A stretch of DNA of 64,000 bases from Thermoplasmata archaeon (lineage in GTDB: Archaea; Thermoplasmatota; Thermoplasmata; Lutacidiplasmatales; UBA184). Position 1 is the stretch's first letter. Every line of letters begins with the position of its first letter. Under the pieces are notes generated by a model. It searched no databases. It was not told where the DNA came from and saw only the letters and a list, made by a program, of their open reading frames with translations. Shown here one piece after another: positions 54,354-61,714 of this stretch. The position numbers and the translations under genes are program-made. The stretch lies in assembly GCA_035502475.1 (NCBI GenBank), contig DATJUJ010000001.1, forward strand, positions 27,907-91,906. Reading direction: 5' to 3'.

Positions 54354-55904
54354 GTGACCGCCGAGGGACCACGCACGATGGATCCGTCGAGCGTCCTCGG
54401 GGAGTTGCCGGAAGCCCCGGATCCCGCGACGGTCGCGCGCACGTTGATGGATCTCGGGCTCGACCGGGTGTTCGACGCCCTCGCGCGCGGCCGGGAGGCG
54501 TACGACCTCCTCCCGATCCTGCGGTCGCCGAGCACGGATGTGGCCGTCGTGCGGTTCCGCCACGAGGTGTTCCGGGACCTCGAACGCGCCCCGGTCCGCC
54601 GGGTCGTGGACGCCTTCGCCGGGGGCATGCGCGAGGTGCGGCGCGCCCGGGAGTGGTCCGGCAAACTGAGGAACGAGCTCCAGCGAGCCCGGTGGTGGCT
54701 GGAGGCGGTCCGGGCGTACGGCGCCGCCGCGGACCGCTTGGCCCGCGACCTCGCGGCCTCCGAGCCGCGTTCCGCGGGCCTCGTCGCGCTCCGGGACCAC
54801 CTCGAGTCCCTGGTGCGGAGCGAGAGCTTCCAGCGGGTACAGCGAGAGTCCGAGGCGCTGGAACGCGGGCTGAACGCGATCCGGTACACCGTCCGGATCG
54901 AGGGGAGTCGTGTCACGATCGGCCCGTTCGCGGGCGAGCCGGACTACAGCGCCGTCGTCGAGTCGACGTTCCGACGGTTCCCGCAGGGCGCGGGGCCGCC
55001 GGCCCGGGCCGTCGGTCCGGAGGACGCGGAGATGGACCCGGTCGAGGAGTTCGTCCAGGACCAGGTCGCCCGTCGGTTCCCGGAGCTGTTCGTCCGGCTC
55101 CGGGGGTTTCCGGCCGCGCACCCCGAGTTCGTGGACCGCCGCGTGGCGCGGTTCGACCGGGAGGTCCAGTTCTACCTCGCCTACCTCGACCACCTGGTCC
55201 CGCTGCGCGAGGCCGGGCTCGCCTTCGCCTATCCGGTCCTGTCGGAGCGTTCGAAGGAAGAGGAGGTCCTGGCCACGTTCGACCTCGCGCTGGCCGGCGC
55301 CCTCCGCGACGGCCCGACGTCCGTGGTGCCGAACGACGTGCGTCTGCACGGTCCGGAACGGATCCTCGTCGTATCGGGGCCGAACAACGGCGGCAAGACG
55401 ACGTACGCCCGCACCGTCGGACAGCTGCACTACCTGGCCCAGCTCGGCTGCCCCGTCCCGGGTCAGACCGCGACCCTGCTGCTCTGCGACCGGGTGCTCA
55501 CCCACTTCGAACGCGGCGAGCCGTCCGCGGACCTGCGGGGCAATCTCGCCGACGAGCTCGTCCGAGTGCGCGAAATCCTCCGCACGACGACCGATCGGTC
55601 GGTGGTCGTCCTCAACGAGACGTTTGCTTCGGCCGCGCTGGAGGATGCCCTCGAGCTCGGGCGCGCGGTGATCGCCCGGATCGTCGCCCGCGACGCGCTC
55701 GCGGTCTACGTCACGTTCGTCGACGAGCTCTCGGTCGGGGGACCGGAGACCGTCAGCCTCGTCAGCACCACCCGTCCGGACGATCCGGCGGTGCGCACGT
55801 ACCGAGTCCTCCGGAGAGCCGCGGACGGGCGTGCCTACGCGCTCGCGATCGCCGAGAAGCACGGGCTCAGCTATGCGGCGCTCCGGGAGAGGATCCGGCC
55901 GTGA
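54354..55904 (+). CDS. MutS-related ATPase A (domain III/V only, no mismatch-binding domain)
   Basis: 516 aa. Walker A is SGPNNGGKTTYART. Walker B-like is VVVLNETFASAA (N replaces D). VYVTFVDEL stands where MutS has ATHYHEL. ATG 54378 is an alternative start. Confidence 0.75.
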   Translation: MTAEGPRTMDPSSVLGELPEAPDPATVARTLMDLGLDRVFDALARGREAYDLLPILRSPSTDVAVVRFRHEVFRDLERAPVRRVVDAFAGGMREVRRAREWSGKLRNELQRARWWLEAVRAYGAAADRLARDLAASEPRSAGLVALRDHLESLVRSESFQRVQRESEALERGLNAIRYTVRIEGSRVTIGPFAGEPDYSAVVESTFRRFPQGAGPPARAVGPEDAEMDPVEEFVQDQVARRFPELFVRLRGFPAAHPEFVDRRVARFDREVQFYLAYLDHLVPLREAGLAFAYPVLSERSKEEEVLATFDLALAGALRDGPTSVVPNDVRLHGPERILVVSGPNNGGKTTYARTVGQLHYLAQLGCPVPGQTATLLLCDRVLTHFERGEPSADLRGNLADELVRVREILRTTTDRSVVVLNETFASAALEDALELGRAVIARIVARDALAVYVTFVDELSVGGPETVSLVSTTRPDDPAVRTYRVLRRAADGRAYALAIAEKHGLSYAALRERIRP

Positions 55905-57520
55905 GGGTCCGGCTGCTCTACGCGGACCGTGAGCTTGCCCCCCGGGCCCGCCCCGACCCGGGAGCGCCGGACCGCGAACGGGACCTCGAGCTCGGGGTGC
56001 TGTACACCGTCATGGCGGGCTCCGACCCCGTCCGTCGCGTTGTGGTCCCGCGAGTCCTCGCGGAAGGTCTCACCGATCCGGACGCGATCCGCTACCGCCA
56101 GGAGGTGCTCGCGGACTGCCTCGGTCACGGACCGGTGGTCCAATCGCTCTACGGGCTTGCCGTGCGCGGTCTCGCGGCCGAGCGGGCGGTCTGGGGGTTC
56201 GGGAACGCCCCGAGCTCCGTGATCTACCGCGGGACGAGGTTGCTGCGGCGGTTTCTGCCCCTGTTGCGCGAGCTGCGCGCGATCGCGGAGGCGCACCGGT
56301 CCGCGTTCGCCTCGCGCGGCTTTCTCCGAGGCTTCGACGAAGTCCTTCGGGAGCTCGACCCGGCGTTCTTCGAGGCGGCGGAAGCGCACGCCCAAGTCCT
56401 CGAGTTCCCCACCGGGGTCCTGCTCAGCGCTTCGCTGGGTCCCGGCAATCGGGGGGCCCGGTACGAGCTTCACCGCCCGTCGACGACGGCCGCCGGATGG
56501 TGGCGGCGCCTGCTGCCGACCCGGCGGTCCCCGTTCGCCTTCGAGCTCGACGACCACGACGAGTCCGGGCACCGCGCCCTCTCCCGCCTCACCGACCGCG
56601 GCCTCGCCGGAGCGGCGCATGCGCTCGGACGCGCCAACGCCCACATCCTCGGCTACTTCGCGGCGCTGCGCGACGAGCTGAGCTTCTACCTCGCGTGTCT
56701 CGACCTCCACGCCCGTCTCGCGGCCGCCGGGGCCGAGGTCTCGATGCCGGAGCCGGTCACCGAGCCGGACCGACTCTCGGCTGGGGGGCTCTACGACCCG
56801 ACCCTCGTGCTGCGGGGGGGCGCCGGGGTCGTCCCGAACGACCTCACGGCCGATGGGCGACCGCTCCTCGTCATCACGGGGGCGAACCAGGGCGGCAAGA
56901 CGACCTTCCTGCGCGGCCTGGGCCTCGCGCAGCTCCTGATGCAGGCCGGTTGCTTCGTTCCGGCCCGCCGCTGGACCGCGAGCGTCGCGCCGGAGGTGCT
57001 CACGCACTTCAAGCGGGAGGAGGACACCGCCTTAGCGAGCGGGAAGCTCGACGAGGAGCTGGGCCGGATGGCTGCGCTCGTGGGCCGCGTGCGTCCGGGC
57101 AGTCTGGTCTTGCTCAACGAGTCGTTCGCCTCCACGAACGAACGCGAAGGTTCGATCCTCGCGGGGGAGATCGTCCGCGCCTTCCTCGACTCGGGGGTCC
57201 GCGTCGCGTACGTCACCCACCTCTACGATCTCGCGGACCGGCTCCTCCACCAGGAAGCCGCGCGCGGTCTCTTCCTGCGCGCCGAGCGACTGCCCGACGG
57301 ACGACGCACCTACCGGATGGTCGTCGGGAGTCCGCTGCGGACGTCCTTTGCCGCCGACGTCTTCCGCGAGGTGTTCGGCGAGCCGGTGTCGGCCGCGTCG
57401 GAGACGCCCTCGGGGGAACCGCGGGCAATGAGCGCGCCCGATCGCGCGCGGGTCGAGCTCCGATCGGGGGCCGCTCGGAGCGGACGACCCGAAGGCGCGC
57501 CGGAAGCCGGGGGCCGATGA
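55901..57520 (+). CDS. MutS-related ATPase B (paralogue of A, domain III/V only)
   Basis: GTG overlaps the stop of A. Walker A is TGANQGGKTTFLRG. LVLLNESFASTNEREG, and YVTHLYDLA (TH retained). This is the real part of the 1565-aa track ORF. Confidence 0.75.
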   Translation: MRVRLLYADRELAPRARPDPGAPDRERDLELGVLYTVMAGSDPVRRVVVPRVLAEGLTDPDAIRYRQEVLADCLGHGPVVQSLYGLAVRGLAAERAVWGFGNAPSSVIYRGTRLLRRFLPLLRELRAIAEAHRSAFASRGFLRGFDEVLRELDPAFFEAAEAHAQVLEFPTGVLLSASLGPGNRGARYELHRPSTTAAGWWRRLLPTRRSPFAFELDDHDESGHRALSRLTDRGLAGAAHALGRANAHILGYFAALRDELSFYLACLDLHARLAAAGAEVSMPEPVTEPDRLSAGGLYDPTLVLRGGAGVVPNDLTADGRPLLVITGANQGGKTTFLRGLGLAQLLMQAGCFVPARRWTASVAPEVLTHFKREEDTALASGKLDEELGRMAALVGRVRPGSLVLLNESFASTNEREGSILAGEIVRAFLDSGVRVAYVTHLYDLADRLLHQEAARGLFLRAERLPDGRRTYRMVVGSPLRTSFAADVFREVFGEPVSAASETPSGEPRAMSAPDRARVELRSGAARSGRPEGAPEAGGR

Positions 57521-58014
57521 TCCCGGACCGACCGCCCCGGCGGAGCGGCGCCCGCGGACGACGGTCCGTCGATCGCGCGGACGAGTACATGCGGATCGTG
57601 GTCTCGGTCGCCGTGCTGGAGCGGGGCCGGGTCCTCGTGATGCGGGAGGAGGACGAGCCCCACACCGGGGCCTGGGTGCTGCCGCAAGGGTACCCCCACC
57701 CCGGGGAGACGCTCGTGGCCGCCGCGAGCCGCGAGGTGATGGAGGAGCTCGGACTCGACGTCGCGGTCCAGGGGCTCGTCGGAGTCTACGACGCGTTCGA
57801 GCGGAACGCGGGAGGACCGGCGGTGCATTGGGTCACGGTCTGCTACTGGGCCCGTCTCCTGCGCGACCTTCCGCCGCGGGCGAGTCCGGAGGCGATCGAC
57901 TTCGCGTGGGTCGAGCCGTCCGCGCTAGCGACCTCCGCCATGCCGCAGCTTCGGGACCGGGCGGAGGACCTCGTCCGGCTCCTCACGTCCCGTCGGCGCG
58001 AGGCGAGATCGTAG
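57517..58014 (+). CDS. Nudix hydrolase
   Basis: ATGA overlap with the upstream stop. Complete Nudix box GYPHPGETLVAAASREVMEELGL (G-x5-E-x7-REUxEExGU). Confidence 0.85.
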   Translation: MIPDRPPRRSGARGRRSVDRADEYMRIVVSVAVLERGRVLVMREEDEPHTGAWVLPQGYPHPGETLVAAASREVMEELGLDVAVQGLVGVYDAFERNAGGPAVHWVTVCYWARLLRDLPPRASPEAIDFAWVEPSALATSAMPQLRDRAEDLVRLLTSRRREARS

Positions 58015-58029
58015 GGCACGGGGACCCCG

Positions 58030-58482
58030 TCACGGCACGACGACCACCGGACGGCCCGCCCCGGCCAGGACCGCGGCCGACACGGATCCGAGGAAGAACC
58101 GGCTCGCCCCCCGGAGCCCGCGGGTGCCGACGACGATGAGGTCGGCCTCGACCTTCCGCGCCGTGGCGAGAATCGCCTCCGCGGCGTTCCCCTCGAGGAC
58201 CAGGACCTCGAGCGCGACCCCGTCCTTGGCCGCCGTCGCCTGGACCGCGCGGAGCGCAGAGGCGATCGCGTCCGGTTCGGTCCGCTGCTCCTCTTCGGTG
58301 CGCGGCTCGGCGATCGCGGCCGGTGCCCCGACGATGTGCACCGCCCAGATCCGGCCCCCGGTCCGGCCCGCGAGCCGGAGCGCGAACCCGAGGGCCCTCG
58401 TCGCCGGTGCGGAGCCGTCGAACGCGACCACGAGCCGCCGCGCGGGGTCGGAGGCGCCCCCCGCCGGGGACGCCGACGTCAT
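58030..58482 (-). CDS. Universal stress protein (UspA family)
   Basis: 150 aa, LVVAFDGS...A, DLIVVGTRGLRGASRFFLGSVS, PVVVVP. Confidence 0.88.
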   Translation of the reverse strand: MTSASPAGGASDPARRLVVAFDGSAPATRALGFALRLAGRTGGRIWAVHIVGAPAAIAEPRTEEEQRTEPDAIASALRAVQATAAKDGVALEVLVLEGNAAEAILATARKVEADLIVVGTRGLRGASRFFLGSVSAAVLAGAGRPVVVVP

Positions 58483-58919
58483 GCGTGCCTCGGCAGGTAA
58501 CGCTCCGCCGCCCGCTCGGCCTCCCGGTCCGCGGCGAGCGCGGCCGGGGGACCGGGCGCGGTCGGGTGCACCGCCAGCGCCGCCTCGAGCGCCTTGACGC
58601 GGCGAGCGAGCGCCTGGTTATCCGCGTAGTACTGGGCCCCGGCGATCGTGAGCCGAGCGCGTTCTCGGGCGCACTCGGCGTAGGTGCGGGCGAGCTCGAC
58701 CAGGTGGGTCTCGGACAGCTCGGGACGCGGCGCTCGATCCTCGGCAAACGACGCCGGGGTCGGCAGCAGCGGGAGCATCCCCTCGAGCCACAGCCAGAAT
58801 CCCGCGGGGCCCAACTCGTCGACCTCGATCCACGTCTGGAGCCGGCGCTTGAGCGCCTCCGGGATCGTCCACGGGGAGCGTTCGGCCGGACCGGTCGGTT
58901 CAGAGCCCTCGTTCGCCAC
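58479..58919 (-). CDS. Hypothetical protein, tandem paralogue A (unrecognised family)
   Basis: 146 aa. GTG start with GGAGGTG 6 nt upstream. The stop overlaps the usp ATG (ATGA). Shares IP..L.RRL..W..VDE.G..GFWLWL...PLLP.P...RLT..G.QY..DN.ALARR.KALEAAL...ERYLP with paralogue B. Confidence 0.65.
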   Translation of the reverse strand: MANEGSEPTGPAERSPWTIPEALKRRLQTWIEVDELGPAGFWLWLEGMLPLLPTPASFAEDRAPRPELSETHLVELARTYAECARERARLTIAGAQYYADNQALARRVKALEAALAVHPTAPGPPAALAADREAERAAERYLPRHA

Positions 58920-58933
58920 GGTGCCACCTCCTT

Positions 58934-58956
58934 AGGGGTCATCGGCAGCCCGCTGC
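58934..58956 (-). promoter_or_regulatory. Conserved 5' leader element, copy A (GCAG-nnnn-CTGC mini-hairpin + CGATGACCCCT, immediately upstream of the SD)
   Basis: The 15-mer CTGCCGATGACCCCT (minus strand) is identical to the one upstream of paralogue B. Confidence 0.45.
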
Positions 58957-59054
58957 GGTTTCCGAGCGCGCCCGGCGCGATCGGGGGCCGACCCCACGGC
59001 CGGTCGTACGATGGACCCGTGACTATTTGTCCGTCTCGATGCCCGGCCCACGGC

Positions 59055-59513
59055 CTAGCGCGAGCGGGCGGCGCGCGACGGCAGGTACCGCTCCACAGCG
59101 ATCGCGGCATCCTCGTCCTTGGGGACTTCGACCCGGTGGCCGGCGACCGCGAGGGTGCGCAGCGCGGCCTCGAGCGCCTTGAGCCGGCGCGCGAGCGCGA
59201 GGTTGTCCCGCGCATACTGGTCACCGATTACGGTGAGACGAGAGTTCTCGCGCGCATAGACGACCATCCGCCGGCGCAACTCCCGCGTCTCCTCGGACTC
59301 GGGTCGCTCGACCGGGCGGAGCCCTTGTCTCGGGGCCTCCGGGACGGGCAGGAGCGGGACGACCGCCCGAAGCCAGAGCCAGAAGCCCTCGATGCCGACC
59401 TCGTCGACGTCGACCCAGTCGCGCAATCGACGGCGGAGGTCCGCGGGGATCTTGAGATTCTCCCGGTCGGGGTCCTGCTTTCTCCTCGCCTTACCGATGA
59501 CGTAGCCCAGCAC
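59055..59513 (-). CDS. Hypothetical protein, tandem paralogue B (unrecognised family)
   Basis: 152 aa. GTG start with GGGAGG about 8 nt upstream. Roughly 40 percent identical to paralogue A by eye. Confidence 0.65.
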   Translation of the reverse strand: MLGYVIGKARRKQDPDRENLKIPADLRRRLRDWVDVDEVGIEGFWLWLRAVVPLLPVPEAPRQGLRPVERPESEETRELRRRMVVYARENSRLTVIGDQYARDNLALARRLKALEAALRTLAVAGHRVEVPKDEDAAIAVERYLPSRAARSR

Positions 59514-59527
59514 CGCTGCTGCCTCCC

Positions 59528-59550
59528 AGGGGTCATCGGCAGAGCGCTGC
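59528..59550 (-). promoter_or_regulatory. Conserved 5' leader element, copy B
   Basis: Carries the same 15-mer, CTGCCGATGACCCCT, and the GCAG-nnnn-CTGC mini-hairpin as copy A, at the same distance from the start codon. Confidence 0.45.
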
Positions 59551-59712
59551 AGTTCCCTCCCGCGGTTTGGCGGAAGGTGGCTGACCCCACAGCCGGGCCG
59601 CTCACTCCCCGCGGGTATTTGGGCCGAGCGCGCGGCGCGGTAGCGTCTCGATACAAAACGTTCTTGAGTGTGGATTCCGCGAGAGAGATTAGCACGGGTC
59701 GAAACGTAGTGG

Positions 59713-59719
59713 ATTATTT
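59713..59719 (+). promoter_or_regulatory. Candidate TATA box (ATTATTT) for the acetate-transporter-like gene
   Basis: Its first base lies 31 nt upstream of ATG 59744, giving leaderless spacing. Confidence 0.4.
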
Positions 59720-59743
59720 GGGAAACCCCTGTAGCCGTGCCTC

Positions 59744-60379
59744 ATGGCAACACCTGCCACGGTAGAGGCGCCATTCGACCAGACGCAGAGCAAGGATCCG
59801 TTCTGGGCTCCCGCGAGCGTCGTGGGGCTCTGCGGGTTCGGAACGACGACGATGATCGCGGGCATGGGGATCGCGTCCGAGGGGATCAACTGGGGGGTCG
59901 ACAACGGCTCCGTGTTCCCGATGGCGCTGGCGTTCGGAGGCAGCGCCCAGTTCGTCGCGGGGATCATCATGCTGCGGCGGGGAGAGATCTTCCCGGGTTC
60001 GGCGTTCATGGGGTACGGGGCGTTCTGGTGGGCGTTCACCCTCATGCTGAGCGGGCTCACGGGGGACGCGGCGTTCGGAGGGACCGCGCCGTACGACATC
60101 GCGTGGTTCATGGTCGTGTGGACCCTGTTCACGCTGACGTTCGCGATCAATTCGCATTATCATGGCCCCGGCATCGCGTTCGTCTTTTGGACGCTGGTCA
60201 TCGCCTTCATCCTACTCGCCATCGACTTTGGAACCCTGGGCAGCGGGCACACGCCGTCAAACGGTCTCTGGGAGGCGACCGGGATCGACACGTTCATCTG
60301 CGGTTTCGCGGCATGGTACGTGGCGACGGGCATCATCACCGCCCAGCACCACAAGGGCAAGAAGGTCCTGCCCTTCTGA
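59744..60379 (+). CDS. GPR1/FUN34/YaaH (SatP/AceTr) family acetate/succinate channel
   Basis: 211 aa, DPFWAPASVVGLCGFGTTT, FGGSAQFVAGIIMLRRGEIFPGSAFMGYGAFW, six helices. Confidence 0.85.
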   Translation: MATPATVEAPFDQTQSKDPFWAPASVVGLCGFGTTTMIAGMGIASEGINWGVDNGSVFPMALAFGGSAQFVAGIIMLRRGEIFPGSAFMGYGAFWWAFTLMLSGLTGDAAFGGTAPYDIAWFMVVWTLFTLTFAINSHYHGPGIAFVFWTLVIAFILLAIDFGTLGSGHTPSNGLWEATGIDTFICGFAAWYVATGIITAQHHKGKKVLPF

Positions 60380-60421
60380 GGCCGCGACGGAGCGGTCCAC
60401 GCTCGAACCCCTTCCGACCCA

Positions 60422-60449
60422 CCCGGCGGGCCACGGTTCTCCCGCCGGG
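60422..60449 (+). terminator. Perfect 9-bp GC hairpin (CCCGGCGGG-10 nt-CCCGCCGGG) 43 nt after the transporter stop
   Basis: An inverted repeat read directly from the sequence. No oligo-T follows it, so its function is uncertain. Confidence 0.25.
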
Positions 60450-60545
60450 CCCCGAGGGGTCGCGTCCACGCCTCGCGCGGCAAGGGCCCGATCGGTCGGC
60501 GCGGGCGAGTCCGAGACGCTCCCCCGCATCGCGCGCCCCAAAGCC

Positions 60546-60551
60546 TATATA
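60546..60551 (+). promoter_or_regulatory. Candidate TATA box (TATATA) for the small-ORF / RAM-domain / UPF0147 operon
   Basis: About 48-53 nt upstream of ATG 60599. A G-rich (GGTGGGGGGG) element lies between them. Confidence 0.35.
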
Positions 60552-60598
60552 GAGGACCATTTTCGCACGCTCGGCTCGGTGGGGGGGCCTAGCTGTCG

Positions 60599-60772
60599 AT
60601 GGAGGAGTTCATCTGTAGCGTCGAGTTCCTCCGCGGCCCGACGGCCCTCGTCGCCCGGGTCTCGAGCGAAGCCGGCGGCATTCGCGAGTATCGCGGCGCC
60701 TCGGCGGGCTCTGTGATCGATCAGGTCATCAACGACCTCCAAGAGGAGTTCGAGGCCGCGCCCACGGCGTGA
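60599..60772 (+). CDS. Small hypothetical protein (57 aa, below the ORF-track length cutoff)
   Basis: MEEFICSVEFLRGPTALVARVSSEAGGIREYRGASAGSVIDQVINDLQEEFEAAPTA. GC3-rich codons, a TATA box upstream, and co-directional with the next two genes. I recognise no family. Confidence 0.4.
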   Translation: MEEFICSVEFLRGPTALVARVSSEAGGIREYRGASAGSVIDQVINDLQEEFEAAPTA

Positions 60773-60841
60773 GGGGCGACGGGCCGGGCATTCGCTTTCC
60801 AGTAGAGGACACCGTACCAACGGAGAGGAGGTTCAGCATCC

Positions 60842-61183
60842 ATGGAGAAGCCGACGGGGGCCAAGGCACCGGTGAGCCGGGCGGTCGAGAGCGCCTTCAC
60901 GAAGGTCTGGGGCGACGAGCACGTGGTCGCGCTGATCGCGCTCAAGGTCGAGACCTCGGAGGCCGACACGGTCGCGAGCGAGGTCGCGAAGTTCACCGAG
61001 GTCGAGGACGTCTTCCTCGTGACCGGCGACACCGACATCTTCCTCAAGGTCCGCTTCCCGCACTACGACGAGCTCAAGGAGTTCGTCCTGCACCGCCTGC
61101 CCGGCGTCCGCGGGATCCGCGAGACGAAGACGCTCCTCGTGGTGACGGCCTACAAGGAGGCCGGGGAGGCCCACCCCGCATGA
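60842..61183 (+). CDS. Stand-alone Lrp/AsnC ligand-binding (RAM) domain protein
   Basis: 113 aa, VVALIALKVETSEADTVASEVAKFTEVEDVFLVTGDTDIFLKVRFPHYDELKEFVLHRLPGVRGIRETKT. GGAGG lies upstream. Confidence 0.8.
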   Translation: MEKPTGAKAPVSRAVESAFTKVWGDEHVVALIALKVETSEADTVASEVAKFTEVEDVFLVTGDTDIFLKVRFPHYDELKEFVLHRLPGVRGIRETKTLLVVTAYKEAGEAHPA

Positions 61184-61491
61184 CCGCCCCCGCCTCGCCT
61201 TCCGAGAGCGCCGACGCGGTGCCCGTCGCGACCCCGGAGCTCGACTCGCCGGGATGGAAGCGGGTCCTCGAGTCGATCGCGGAGCTCGCCGACGACGCGT
61301 CGGTCCCGCGCAACGTCCGGCGCGGGGCCGTCGCCGCGCGCGCCGAGCTCGCCAAGCCCCGCGTGGCGCTCGACGTGCGGATCGCGAGCGCCGTCTACGT
61401 GCTCGACGACCTCGCGAACGATCCCAACCTGCCCACCCACGGTCGGACCGCGATCTGGTCGATCATCTCGAGCCTGGAGAGCCTGCCGTGA
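61180..61491 (+). CDS. UPF0147 family protein
   Basis: ATGA overlap with the upstream stop. VPRNVRRGAVAARAEL...DVRIASAVYVLDDLANDPNLPTHGRTAIWSIISSLE matches the UPF0147 pattern. Confidence 0.7.
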   Translation: MTAPASPSESADAVPVATPELDSPGWKRVLESIAELADDASVPRNVRRGAVAARAELAKPRVALDVRIASAVYVLDDLANDPNLPTHGRTAIWSIISSLESLP

Positions 61492-61550
61492 GTCCCGCCG
61501 GGCATACCTTGAAATACGGCGGCCGAGTCCTTCGCGCTCGGAGCGGGATC

Positions 61551-61693
61551 GGGCCCGTAGCTCAGCTAGGTTGGCCGCGCGGAGCCCCCGCCGGCCCTAC
61601 AAAGAGCAGCTGGCTTTTAACCAGTTGGTCGGGGGTTCGAACGAGCTGCCCCGGCGGAGCCGCGCGGGCGCTCCGGACGTCCCCCCGGGCCCG
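61551..61693 (+). tRNA. tRNA-Lys (anticodon UUU) with two insertions: D-loop (about 61572-61602) and T-loop edge (61643-61680)
   Basis: GGGCCCG-TA-GCTC-AGCTAGGT[31 nt]A-GAGC-A-GCTGG-CTTTTAA-CCAGT-TGGTC-GGGGG-TTCGAAC[38 nt]CCCCC-CGGGCCC-G. Removing both inserts gives a canonical 74-nt cloverleaf. Confidence 0.7.
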
Positions 61694-61714
61694 TCCCATC
61701 CTCCGGAGGAACCG

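Noticed and set aside
52823-57520. 1565-aa plus-strand ORF covering most of the dynamin and MutS-like region
   Set aside because: Only the part from GTG 55901 (MutS-like B) has real motifs. The upstream part is Arg/Gly/Pro-rich shadow of the dynamin and MutS-like A genes, which are read in other frames.
58940-58942. Upstream ATG inside the conserved leader (CCGATGACC) as the true start of paralogue A (the same ATG is present in leader B)
   Set aside because: It is out of frame with the conserved protein. It opens into the long R/S/P-rich shadow ORF 57983..59224. The GTG starts have well-spaced GGAGG elements.
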